Shown piece by piece: positions 1 to 7,806 of a stretch of 64,000 nucleotides of DNA (positions within the stretch are counted from its first letter, which is position 1; the number at the start of each line of letters is the position of its first letter). The stretch lies in the IMG/VR virus record IMGVR_UViG_3300008108_003798; one strand, written 5' to 3'. This DNA is from a virus (lineage: Duplodnaviria; Caudoviricetes). The position numbers and the translations under genes are program-made. A model generated the notes under the pieces. The model did not search any database. It was given only the letters and a program-made list of their open reading frames with translations, and was not told the origin of the DNA.

Positions 1-73
1 GACGACGGTAGTAACTATCAGCACCACCGCGATCGTAGGGTCCACCATGACGTCTATCGTTAGATTGAGACAT
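1..73 (-). CDS. partial conserved phage hypothetical protein (runs off window)
   Basis: ATG at 73 reads MSQSNDRRHGGPYDRGGADSYYRR, a motif I recognise from phage hypotheticals. Confidence 0.55.
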   Translation of the reverse strand, partial: MSQSNDRRHGGPYDRGGADSYYRR

Positions 74-99
74 TAGGTTATTCCTTTTCTATTTATGTA

Positions 100-291
100 T
101 CAGTGACGAACGAGATGAACGCGGCCAAGGAGCGTAGCAAGAGCGTATTCGATCGCCTCCATCGCCTGCGCCTTGGTAATGTTATTCGAGTCGTACTGTG
201 ACTCTGCGAGTTTAATCAGCTGAGCGAGTTCTTCATTAGTCATACCGCAGATTGCAGTTTTGACTTCTTCGAGGCTATTAAAGGTAGTCAT
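100..291 (-). CDS. hypothetical protein
   Basis: ORF track 100..330; likely start MTTFNS at 291. Confidence 0.5.
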   Translation of the reverse strand: MTTFNSLEEVKTAICGMTNEELAQLIKLAESQYDSNNITKAQAMEAIEYALATLLGRVHLVRH

Positions 292-362
292 TGTCGTGTT
301 CCTTTTGTTTCCTACAGATATAGAATACACTGATTCTAAACGAATGTAAATAGAAAAGTTGT

Positions 363-824
363 TTAGAAGTCCTCATCACCTTGGTATACGTTGAAAACAA
401 AGATACCTTCTTCACGCCACATACGAACAACTCGCGGACGATCGTCAAACACCATGTCAGGCTTACGGCCGTAGTCAGCAATGATCTCGTCAAGGATTTC
501 ACGCTTGACAATATCGTCACCACGGAAGTCGTCTGCCTTACGCATGTACAGTTTGGCAGTGTAGTTCCAAAAGCGGTTGTCCTGCAACCACTTCATAGTA
601 GCATCACGACTACGCTCGTTGCGTCCGCTTGCAAAGATGATTTCGTTACCAGCAGCCTTCAGCGAGTGAAATGCTTCTGCAACATATGGATTCACAGCAT
701 CGTTTGGAATACCAGCATCAAATGCCTTCCAGTTCTTTGGCTTGCTACGAACGTAGTCCAGCCGGTGTTCGATGTTAGCCAGTGTGCCGTCGATATCAAA
801 AACAACTAGCATTTTATCCCTCAT
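363..824 (-). CDS. HAD-family 3'-phosphatase (PseT/PNKP C-terminal domain-like)
   Basis: DIDGTLA motif I, SGR motif II, K..DD and FDDRPRVV motif, as in the T4 PNK phosphatase domain. Confidence 0.85.
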   Translation of the reverse strand: MRDKMLVVFDIDGTLANIEHRLDYVRSKPKNWKAFDAGIPNDAVNPYVAEAFHSLKAAGNEIIFASGRNERSRDATMKWLQDNRFWNYTAKLYMRKADDFRGDDIVKREILDEIIADYGRKPDMVFDDRPRVVRMWREEGIFVFNVYQGDEDF

Positions 825-971
825 TTTATTACCCTATGTGTGTTTATAGCATAAGGTAAACAGTGTGTCAACCTCAATGCCGATTCTTATCTTTGTTTTG
901 GTGGATTATTTCTTTAACTATCCACCAAAACAGTGGAATGTAAGCAACTATCATGGCAATACCGAGTGCCA

Positions 972-1286
972 TTATTCTACACGAACCTTGTTTTCGTTGG
1001 TAGGAACAAAGTCAAAAGTTTCCGGAGAACTCCAACGACCCATACCAAACAGGCCTGCAACGCTACCCCATTGGCCTACAAAGCCAGTGTACTTGCCTGA
1101 TTCATCGCGGCAAAGCAAATCTACCTGATTGATAGTAGAGTCACCATTGCCCGAACTAAATTCCCAAGACACAATCTCTTTGCAGGGCTTCGCTGGGTAA
1201 TAAATGGTTTCTGCTGAAACACCCGAATACATTAGAATCAGTGCCAGCGTAACAGCAACACGGTGAAGTTTGGTTTTCAGTTTCAT
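972..1286 (-). CDS. hypothetical secreted protein
   Basis: N-terminal signal-peptide-like segment, 104 aa. Confidence 0.55.
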   Translation of the reverse strand: MKLKTKLHRVAVTLALILMYSGVSAETIYYPAKPCKEIVSWEFSSGNGDSTINQVDLLCRDESGKYTGFVGQWGSVAGLFGMGRWSSPETFDFVPTNENKVRVE

Positions 1287-1345
1287 GTTAGTGCCTTTCT
1301 ATTGCCTATGTATTAATATACGACAGTTTAGGATTTTGTCAACTT

Positions 1346-1720
1346 CTATTTGTGCAGTGCAAATTGACGCATGTATTCCAGTTCTTCTTCTTTATAAACA
1401 AACACCCACATGCAGGTAACTTCACTACGAGTAAACACATCACCGTAGTAGTTGCGGTATGGATATGTAGGATCTGTAGTAAATCCCCAGTGTGCAACAT
1501 TCATTGAGATCTTGCTCATGACATCCATGGGCTCGTGCAAAACTAGTGTAGTACCGAAGTTGCGATCTTCACGCCATGCTATTACAGCATCACGAAATTC
1601 AAAAACGTCGGGAATCTGTGAGTCGAAGTCTGCCTGAGCATGGGCAGCCTGTGCCATAGCCTTACCTGGGTTCATATCCCACAGGTCGCGACGCATAACG
1701 ATGTAAAATCTTGGTTCCAT
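1346..1720 (-). CDS. peptidyl-tRNA hydrolase PTH2-like protein
   Basis: YIVMRRDL..MNPGKAMAQAAHA matches the PTH2 N-terminal signature; DPTYP near the second catalytic region. Confidence 0.7.
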   Translation of the reverse strand: MEPRFYIVMRRDLWDMNPGKAMAQAAHAQADFDSQIPDVFEFRDAVIAWREDRNFGTTLVLHEPMDVMSKISMNVAHWGFTTDPTYPYRNYYGDVFTRSEVTCMWVFVYKEEELEYMRQFALHK

Positions 1721-1779
1721 TTTGTCCTCAATAAAAAACCTACACTAACAATATACTGCTAGTGTAGGTGTTTGTCAAG

Positions 1780-2430
1780 TTAAAGTTCTACATCCACATA
1801 GTCAAGAATGCCAATACAATGGAAATGGGTACGTCCGTACTTGTACTGCATGGTTTTGTGCCAATGTCCAAAGTACCATTCTTCAGGCTGATGAATAGCC
1901 AACATACGTGTAAATGCAGCACTGGTACGGTTAGGATATTCGGGTCCTTTGAGCAAACCACTGTTGAAGAACATTTCTCGACTGACAGTGTTTGGACAAT
2001 CGTGTGTGATCATCACACGTGGCCGAACAGTGCTGTAAATGTCAATCATACGCTCTAGTTCTTCTTGGCTGAGTTCTTCCTCAGGCCACCAATCATAACC
2101 AGCAGTACGCTTGTACCAACCAGGAGGTGCATCGGGGTTATCAATGCTCCAAGCACCACCGATGAACATTACATCGTTTTCAACAGTACCGTCTTTGATC
2201 CAACCGCTCATCTCCTTACACTTAGAAGGATTGTCGTGGTTGCCACGGATAAAGCGATGATTGCCAGCAGTGTGATAGTCGTTGATGCTTTCGTGCCAGT
2301 AGTCACTTTGACCAAAACCTACACCGAAGTCGCCGATTTGGATTGTAGGACCTTCGAACCGGTCGATGGCATAGGTTTTATAATCGTTAACCAGTCCATG
2401 AATGTCGCCAATTAGTCTTGTCAGTGTCAT
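1780..2430 (-). CDS. calcineurin-like metallophosphoesterase
   Basis: GDIHG, GDFG, RGNHD, THDCP and FGHWH motifs. Confidence 0.9.
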   Translation of the reverse strand: MTLTRLIGDIHGLVNDYKTYAIDRFEGPTIQIGDFGVGFGQSDYWHESINDYHTAGNHRFIRGNHDNPSKCKEMSGWIKDGTVENDVMFIGGAWSIDNPDAPPGWYKRTAGYDWWPEEELSQEELERMIDIYSTVRPRVMITHDCPNTVSREMFFNSGLLKGPEYPNRTSAAFTRMLAIHQPEEWYFGHWHKTMQYKYGRTHFHCIGILDYVDVEL

Positions 2431-2440
2431 TTTTATGCCC

Positions 2441-2659
2441 TTATGCGGCTTTGCGTATTTTTTTTGATTTTGTTTCTTTTTTTACAAAATCGTCTCGTGT
2501 GATTAGTTCTGCATCAAGTTCAGGCAATGAAAAAATCATTGCTCTTGCAGTTTTATAATCAAATGCAGTATATGTTCCTCCACCACCAGTTTCGGCCTTT
2601 TCGCGCCACGAAACTAGAATTCGAGTAGGAATAGGTTTTAGATACTCTGACTTTTTCAT
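2441..2659 (-). CDS. hypothetical protein
   Basis: ORF with upstream GAGG, directly after tRNA-Arg. Confidence 0.5.
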   Translation of the reverse strand: MKKSEYLKPIPTRILVSWREKAETGGGGTYTAFDYKTARAMIFSLPELDAELITRDDFVKKETKSKKIRKAA

Positions 2660-2674
2660 TTCTTTCCTCTTGTA

Positions 2675-2750
2675 TGGAGCTCCCGGAAGGATTCGAACCC
2701 TCGACCACCACGTTCGAAGCGTGGCACTCTGACCGCTGAGTTACGGAAGC
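2675..2750 (-). tRNA. tRNA-Arg(TCG)
   Basis: Cloverleaf; anticodon arm CCACG-CT TCG AA-CGTGG; encoded CCA. Confidence 0.92.
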
Positions 2751-2762
2751 GTAGTATTTATT

Positions 2763-2838
2763 TGGTGCCCCCGGCAGGAGTCGAACCCACAACCTAGGGA
2801 GTAGAAATCCCTTGCTCTTCCAGTTGAGCTACGAAGGC
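2763..2838 (-). tRNA. tRNA-Arg(TCT)
   Basis: Anticodon arm AGGGA-TT TCT AC-TCCCT; encoded CCA. Confidence 0.9.
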
Positions 2839-2853
2839 TAAATTTCTGACAAC

Positions 2854-2927
2854 TGACAAAGTGCAAAGGGACTCGAACCCTTGTCTCCGACTCCACGCCG
2901 GCGTCCTATCCTCTAGACGATACACAC
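2854..2927 (-). pseudogene. degenerate tRNA (anticodon loop irregular; His/Pro-like)
   Basis: D arm GTCTAGAGGATAGGAC and T arm AAGGG-TTCGAGT-CCCTT are intact; anticodon loop is 5 nt (GTGGA), acceptor stem is broken and there is no CCA. Confidence 0.6.
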
Positions 2928-3045
2928 GATCATTGCAGCACTTTTCTATATCTCGACAACGACATCGAAGTTACTGCAACAAAAGGTCAGTTGCCACGGT
3001 GGTTGCCGCCACCTATTCTTTATCTCTTATTTATTTCTTGTGTAT

Positions 3046-3074
3046 ACTATACATGATCTTTTCACGCATGTCAA
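3046..3074 (-). promoter_or_regulatory. sigma70-type promoter for the distal tRNA-Arg genes
   Basis: TTGACA-17 nt-TATAGT. Confidence 0.75.
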
Positions 3075-3204
3075 CGCATATACAGCACCAGCAGCTTATA
3101 TGTTTAGTTTTCTTGCCACGCATGTTGACGTTTGCCGAGGCGGCGCGGTGGGGCGGGCCGATGATCTGCTGGAACAGTTTATCTCGAGAAACACTGAACT
3201 CAGC

Positions 3205-3723
3205 CTATTCTAATTCGTCTTCGAATGGGTATCTTCTCACTGCTAGCAATTTTCTAACAGGATATGCACTAAAGTTAACACTGTTATCTTGATTTCCACC
3301 AAGCACCAAATAGTATTCTTGACCATTGTGATAGGTTGAAGTTACAAAGAATCCAACATGACCTTTCCAATTGGCATTGCCACGCTTAAACACAACAACA
3401 TCACCTGATTCTGGTTCGTCTACTTCTACGCCCCAATCAAGAAAACTTCTTGCCAGTAGAGGATGTTCTGCATATTCATCAGACCCAGGTAATCCAGTTT
3501 CTGCAAGCACTGCATTTACAAATGCAGCACACCATTCAGTGGCAACTGGATCAACACCGATAAAATCTTTTATTTCTGCTCTATGACTCTTTTCACTCCA
3601 CCCTAGTTTTTCTGTTGCAGCAACCAATGGTTCTGGCGGTGTCGGTGAAGTAGTAAACAATTGAATTTTTGCACAAGCAGATACTGATAGTAACAGTACT
3701 GTTAGTAACATAGCCCTCATCAT
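3205..3723 (-). CDS. NlpC/P60-like (TIGR02594-type) peptidoglycan hydrolase, lipoprotein-like N-terminus
   Basis: WCAAFVN (catalytic Cys), GHVGF, LGGNQ; LSVSAC lipobox-like; TATAAATA at 3729-3736. Confidence 0.85.
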   Translation of the reverse strand: MMRAMLLTVLLLSVSACAKIQLFTTSPTPPEPLVAATEKLGWSEKSHRAEIKDFIGVDPVATEWCAAFVNAVLAETGLPGSDEYAEHPLLARSFLDWGVEVDEPESGDVVVFKRGNANWKGHVGFFVTSTYHNGQEYYLVLGGNQDNSVNFSAYPVRKLLAVRRYPFEDELE

Positions 3724-3771
3724 AAAAATATTTATAGAATAGGTCTAGATAGAAATAGTACAGTTTAACTT

Positions 3772-3847
3772 TGGCACTCCCGGCAGGACTCGAACCTGCA
3801 ACAATCACCTTCGTAGGGTGGCGCTCTTCCAGTTGAGCTACGGAAGT
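3772..3847 (-). tRNA. tRNA-Arg(ACG)
   Basis: Anticodon loop CT ACG AA; encoded CCA. Confidence 0.92.
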
Positions 3848-3853
3848 ATCGTT

Positions 3854-3928
3854 TGGTACCGTGTATAGGATTTGAACCTATTCCGACGCAGTCACAGTGC
3901 GGTATGCTACCCTTACACCAAGCACGGC
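3854..3928 (-). tRNA. tRNA-His(GTG), no G-1, A73
   Basis: Loop CT GTG AC; position -1 is T; discriminator is A. Confidence 0.88.
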
Positions 3929-3935
3929 ATTATTC

Positions 3936-4010
3936 TGGTTGCCCCTACTAGATTTGAACTAGTGACCTATCCCTTATCAGGGGATTGCTCTACCACTGAG
4001 CTAAGAGGCA
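3936..4010 (-). tRNA. tRNA-Ile(GAT)
   Basis: ATCCC-CT GAT AA-GGGAT; CCA. Confidence 0.92.
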
Positions 4011-4111
4011 ATATTCATTGTTTAGAAGATACACTGACCAATACCATTTCTGGTCCGATAGGTTTATTTTATGTGGCGGCCTAAATGCCACTCAGTGTAT
4101 CATCAAACCAA

Positions 4112-4187
4112 TGGTGAACCGGGTGGGATTCGAACCCACGTACTCCGATTAAAAGTCGGGTGCTAAAACCACCTCAGCTACCGGTCC
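4112..4187 (-). tRNA. tRNA-Lys(TTT)
   Basis: Loop CT TTT AA; CCA. Confidence 0.92.
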
Positions 4188-4246
4188 ACGTTTCGTTTGT
4201 CGCTTTCTTCTTTGTTACGTTTTCGTTTCATTTTTGTTCCTTGAAT

Positions 4247-4324
4247 TGGTGTACCGGGTGGGAGTTGAACCCACGACCTTCGGATTAAGAGTCCGCGGCT
4301 CTAACCTGGCTGAGCTACCGGTGC
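4247..4324 (-). tRNA. tRNA-Lys(CTT)
   Basis: Loop CT CTT AA; CCA. Confidence 0.9.
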
Positions 4325-4343
4325 ATTAATAGTTGTATGTTTG

Positions 4344-4787
4344 TTAGTTACACCACGACTGCTTTTTGTCGCCGTAGTATTCTCTAGCATAACCTTGTTC
4401 AATAAGCATCTGTGTTAGGCTCTTACCGTCGATAAGAACATCACCTAGCACTCTGCCGCCGAACTTGTCCCACTCATAAAATACAATTTGAGTAGTCTTG
4501 GCTTTTGCAACTAAATCTTTTGTAAATTTACTTGCAGCATCACCCATGTCGCCTTCTTTTTTACATTCTGCTCTGCCACCTTTTTCAGGTGTATCTACGC
4601 CCCATACACGAAGTGATAGTTTCTTCGGAAGTGGATCTAGCAAGAACTTTGCTTCAAATTCAACTGTATCACCATCTACTACACGTAGAATTTTTAAGTC
4701 GTGTGCTACACCAGTTGGCTTTTTTACTTCAGCAAATGCAGTGGATGCAGCAACAATCAGTGCTACAGTTAAAAGTATTTTTTTCAT
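4344..4787 (-). CDS. thermonuclease (SNase-like), secreted
   Basis: VVDGDT, LRVWGVDTPE, DKFGGRVLG, L..QGYA motifs; signal peptide; TATAAATA at 4810-4817. Confidence 0.9.
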   Translation of the reverse strand: MKKILLTVALIVAASTAFAEVKKPTGVAHDLKILRVVDGDTVEFEAKFLLDPLPKKLSLRVWGVDTPEKGGRAECKKEGDMGDAASKFTKDLVAKAKTTQIVFYEWDKFGGRVLGDVLIDGKSLTQMLIEQGYAREYYGDKKQSWCN

Positions 4788-4832
4788 TATGTTCTCCTAA
4801 ATACTAGAATATTTATAACAAAAAAACAATTA

Positions 4833-4908
<76 letters not shown>

Positions 4909-4914
4909 ATATTT

Positions 4915-4999
4915 TGGTGGGAGAGGAGGGAATCGAACCCGTCCGTGCGTTGCCGCGATGGAGTTACAGTCCACTGCCTCACCTTGAGGCGTCTCTCCC
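4915..4999 (-). tRNA. tRNA-Tyr(GTA)
   Basis: Loop CT GTA AC; long variable arm; CCA. Confidence 0.9.
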
Positions 5000-5005
5000 T
5001 TATTT

Positions 5006-5082
5006 TGGTAGGACATACGGGTTTCGAACCCGTTTCTCCGCCTTGAAAGGGCGGCGACCTTCGCCAAGAAGTCCAATGTCCC
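5006..5082 (-). tRNA. tRNA-Glu(TTC)
   Basis: CCGCC-CT TTC AA-GGCGG; CCA. Confidence 0.92.
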
Positions 5083-5088
5083 ATAGTT

Positions 5089-5163
5089 TGGTGATGTAGG
5101 CTGGATTCGAACCAGCAACCTACGGCGTATGAGACCGTTGCACTACCGTTGTGCTACCACATC
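5089..5163 (-). tRNA. tRNA(CAT): elongator Met or Ile2 (lysidine)
   Basis: Loop CT CAT AC; G1-C72 paired, so not an initiator; CCA. Confidence 0.85.
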
Positions 5164-5169
5164 ATTGTT

Positions 5170-5253
5170 TGGAGGTCGGTATGTGAATCGAACACATTAC
5201 TTTGCAGTGCTATGGAGTTGCAGTCCATCCCCTTACCATCCGGGCCACCGACC
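5170..5253 (-). tRNA. tRNA-Cys(GCA) with long variable arm
   Basis: Loop CT GCA AC; U73; 14-nt variable region containing ACT-GCAA-AGT hairpin; CCA. Confidence 0.82.
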
Positions 5254-5428
5254 AATTAGATCCGAGCCGGATTTACACCAATTCTGCTTGTGCATGTGAA
5301 AATAGAATTTGCTACGCTAGATTTTTACTCCGCCGTTACCACCAGTCGTTTCATCCTCAAGCACGCCCATTTGAGTTTGTTTATAGTGGTTACTCGCAGT
5401 CTCGTTCCGCATTTCCACTTTGATCATT

Positions 5429-5459
5429 AAAAAACCCTCCTACCTTTTGGGTGGAGGGT
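5429..5459 (-). terminator. intrinsic terminator of putative attenuator
   Basis: ACCCTCC-ACC-CAAAA-GGT-A-GGAGGGT followed by a T run. Confidence 0.8.
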
Positions 5460-5488
5460 GTTTCGGAAACTTGTGTATATACTACACG

Positions 5489-5581
5489 TTAGTTTCGCAA
5501 ACCCTCCGAGACGCCAAAGCGATACTCGCGGCATTTTTCAATGCTTCTAATCTCAAACATATGTTTAATAACGAGTTTCAT
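5489..5581 (-). CDS. putative attenuator leader peptide MKLVIKHMFEIRSIEKCREYRFGVSEGLRN
   Basis: 30-codon ORF between promoter and terminator; its 3' part carries GGAGGGT, complementary to the terminator 5' arm. Confidence 0.7.
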   Translation of the reverse strand: MKLVIKHMFEIRSIEKCREYRFGVSEGLRN

Positions 5582-5619
5582 AGTTCAGTGTCTTTCTTGT
5601 TTGTTTAACTTATATTGTA

Positions 5620-5648
5620 GTTATACTAGTTTATTTATCTCTTGTCAA
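5620..5648 (-). promoter_or_regulatory. sigma70-type promoter of the tRNA array
   Basis: TTGACA-17 nt-TATAAC. Confidence 0.85.
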
Positions 5649-5699
5649 CAACTTTTTTTCAGTTTTGAACAATTTTATTTATCTTTTTGTTTCAACAAC

Positions 5700-5924
5700 T
5701 TAGGGTGTAAACGGTTGATTGTCTTTCCACTTTTTGTAAAGTGAGTAAGCAAACCACACCGGGCCGCCGAGTACAAAAACAACAAAATTTAGTACAAATT
5801 CGATAATAAAGTTACCAGTTGAAAGAACATCTTTTGCTTCTCGCAAACTGTCTTCGCCTTTGAACCAATCATACACAAAATGTCCTACACCCGTAAGTGC
5901 CCACAACCAAATTAAAACTTCCAT
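5700..5924 (-). CDS. small membrane protein
   Basis: Two hydrophobic segments; abuts the decarboxylase stop codon. Confidence 0.6.
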   Translation of the reverse strand: MEVLIWLWALTGVGHFVYDWFKGEDSLREAKDVLSTGNFIIEFVLNFVVFVLGGPVWFAYSLYKKWKDNQPFTP

Positions 5925-7052
5925 TTATACTACCTTTACTTCTAGAGGCGGAAAGCCGTTAAATGCTATAGTGCTGTATGTGCTTGTGTAAGCACCGCAA
6001 CTGTTAATTACTAACACATCTCCACTCTCAATGTCAATTGGTAATTGTACTTTGTTTCTTTCATACATTACATCGGCACTATCACAGGTTGGACCAGCAA
6101 GTATACAAGGACCTGTTGGAGAATTTTCTTTGCCTAGCACAGTAAATTGATACTTGATTGCTTCGCCTTCTGTTTCTGCAAGACCACTAAATCTACCTAC
6201 GTTTAGGTATACCCAACGAACCACATCCATTGATGACTTCTTACTTGCCAACAATACTTCTGAGGCAATGCAACCTGCGCTGCCTACTAAGCCGCGACCA
6301 GGTTCTACCATAATGTAGTTGGCTCCTGGAAACTGCTTACGAACACGATCCATTAGTTTTTTGCCGTATTCTTCAGGAGGTGTAATTTCTACACCGTAGT
6401 AGGCAGGAAAGCCTCCGCCGATGTTTACCAGTGTAAGTTCGTAACCGCACTGAGAGATTTCGTCCCAAAGATTACCCATCAACTCTAGTGTGTCATACCA
6501 CATCTCAGGATGTTTGGTTTGCGAACCAATGTGCCAACTGATACCAACTGGTTCAAGTCCTAGTTCTTTTGCATAGCCCATAAGGCCTAATGCCATAGCA
6601 GGATCACAACCGAACTTGCGTGACAGTGGCCATTCTGCTTCGGTTTGCCCAATCAGCACACGAATAAACACACGTGAGTTGGGTGCATGACGTGCAATTT
6701 TTTCCAGTTCTTCTTCAGCATCTGCAGAAAACAATGTAATATCGTTTCTGTATGCGTATTCGATATCTTGCCAACGTTTTACAGTATTACCAAAACTAAT
6801 GTGTTCTGGTTCTGCACCGGCAGCAAGACACATTTCAATCTCACCCATACTAGCAGCATCAAATCTACAACCTAGTTCGACAAGACGTTGTAGAATAGCA
6901 GGATGCGGATTGCTCTTTACTGCATAATGCACATGAGCATCTGGCATACCTGCTTTTAGGTTTAGATAATTTTCTTCTACAAGATCAATGTCAAGAATCA
7001 GTGTCGGACGTTCGAATGTATTGTTGCGAATGTACTGATAAATTGCGTCCAC
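5925..7052 (-). CDS. ornithine/lysine decarboxylase (PLP, alanine-racemase fold)
   Basis: YAVKSNP (PLP Lys), FDAAS.GE, SRKFG, HIGSQ, NIGGGFP, EPGR, GPTCDSAD, GAYT. Confidence 0.92.
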   Translation of the reverse strand: MDAIYQYIRNNTFERPTLILDIDLVEENYLNLKAGMPDAHVHYAVKSNPHPAILQRLVELGCRFDAASMGEIEMCLAAGAEPEHISFGNTVKRWQDIEYAYRNDITLFSADAEEELEKIARHAPNSRVFIRVLIGQTEAEWPLSRKFGCDPAMALGLMGYAKELGLEPVGISWHIGSQTKHPEMWYDTLELMGNLWDEISQCGYELTLVNIGGGFPAYYGVEITPPEEYGKKLMDRVRKQFPGANYIMVEPGRGLVGSAGCIASEVLLASKKSSMDVVRWVYLNVGRFSGLAETEGEAIKYQFTVLGKENSPTGPCILAGPTCDSADVMYERNKVQLPIDIESGDVLVINSCGAYTSTYSTIAFNGFPPLEVKVV

Positions 7053-7246
7053 TAATCTCTCCTAAAATCTACTACGTTTTCGTCTTTGGTTTTTACAATA
7101 GAAAGTGCTGGTTTTTCTACCTGCTTGATCGGTTCAACGCCGGAAAAAAACTTTACATCTTCTCCCGACAGTTTACGTTCTATACGATCGAGGCGCATTA
7201 AAACTTCGTCCATCATGGCGATCAGTGTATCGACTTTGTAACTCAT
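7052..7246 (-). CDS. hypothetical protein
   Basis: Overlap-coupled to the decarboxylase start. Confidence 0.55.
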   Translation of the reverse strand: MSYKVDTLIAMMDEVLMRLDRIERKLSGEDVKFFSGVEPIKQVEKPALSIVKTKDENVVDFRRD

Positions 7247-7261
7247 AATTTTGAGACCTTG

Positions 7262-7783
7262 TTAGCGGAAAGTAATTTGAATACGTTGACCAACTTTGTA
7301 ACGACGATCTGTCATTACAGAGCCAACATGATCGCCGTAGCGATAATAAACAATGTAGCCATCTACTACCTGTTCATCCTGATACTCGGTATGATACTTG
7401 CACTGAACTTCGGTACGATATCCTACCACTGCTTGACGATTGCCTTGGCGACCTGCTACATCAGCACCAACAATAGCGCCAAGTACAGTCATAGCATCTT
7501 TACCAGAACCGCCGCCAAATTGATTACCAATTGCACCGCCAATTAGCGCACCAGCAAGAACGTCACCAGTGCTTCCACCTTGTACACGACCATATACCGG
7601 CACTTCCACATCGTAGCAGTATTCTACTTCGACAGGATGCGAAATATAGGTATAGTTTGTAATGACTTCGGTAACACGAGCATTAACTGTTTCAGCAGTT
7701 GCTGAAGATGCAGTGGCAATAAGAGCAGCAGAAAGAAGTAGTGTTTTCATGATAGCCTCGCTTTCGATATATTTATACAGCAA
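7262..7783 (-). CDS. glycine-zipper 2TM domain protein (17 kDa antigen-like)
   Basis: Signal peptide; GALIGGAIGNQFGGGSGK...GAIVGA. Confidence 0.8.
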   Translation of the reverse strand: MLYKYIESEAIMKTLLLSAALIATASSATAETVNARVTEVITNYTYISHPVEVEYCYDVEVPVYGRVQGGSTGDVLAGALIGGAIGNQFGGGSGKDAMTVLGAIVGADVAGRQGNRQAVVGYRTEVQCKYHTEYQDEQVVDGYIVYYRYGDHVGSVMTDRRYKVGQRIQITFR

Positions 7784-7806
7784 GTCTAAAGCATTGTCAA
7801 GAGAAA

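Noticed and set aside
2763-2838. Possible amber suppressor (CTA) anticodon
   Set aside because: Correct stem register (AGGGA/TCCCT) centres TCT, giving tRNA-Arg.
5262-5282. Cobalamin riboswitch-like GGTGTAAATCCGG
   Set aside because: The other B12-element motifs are absent.
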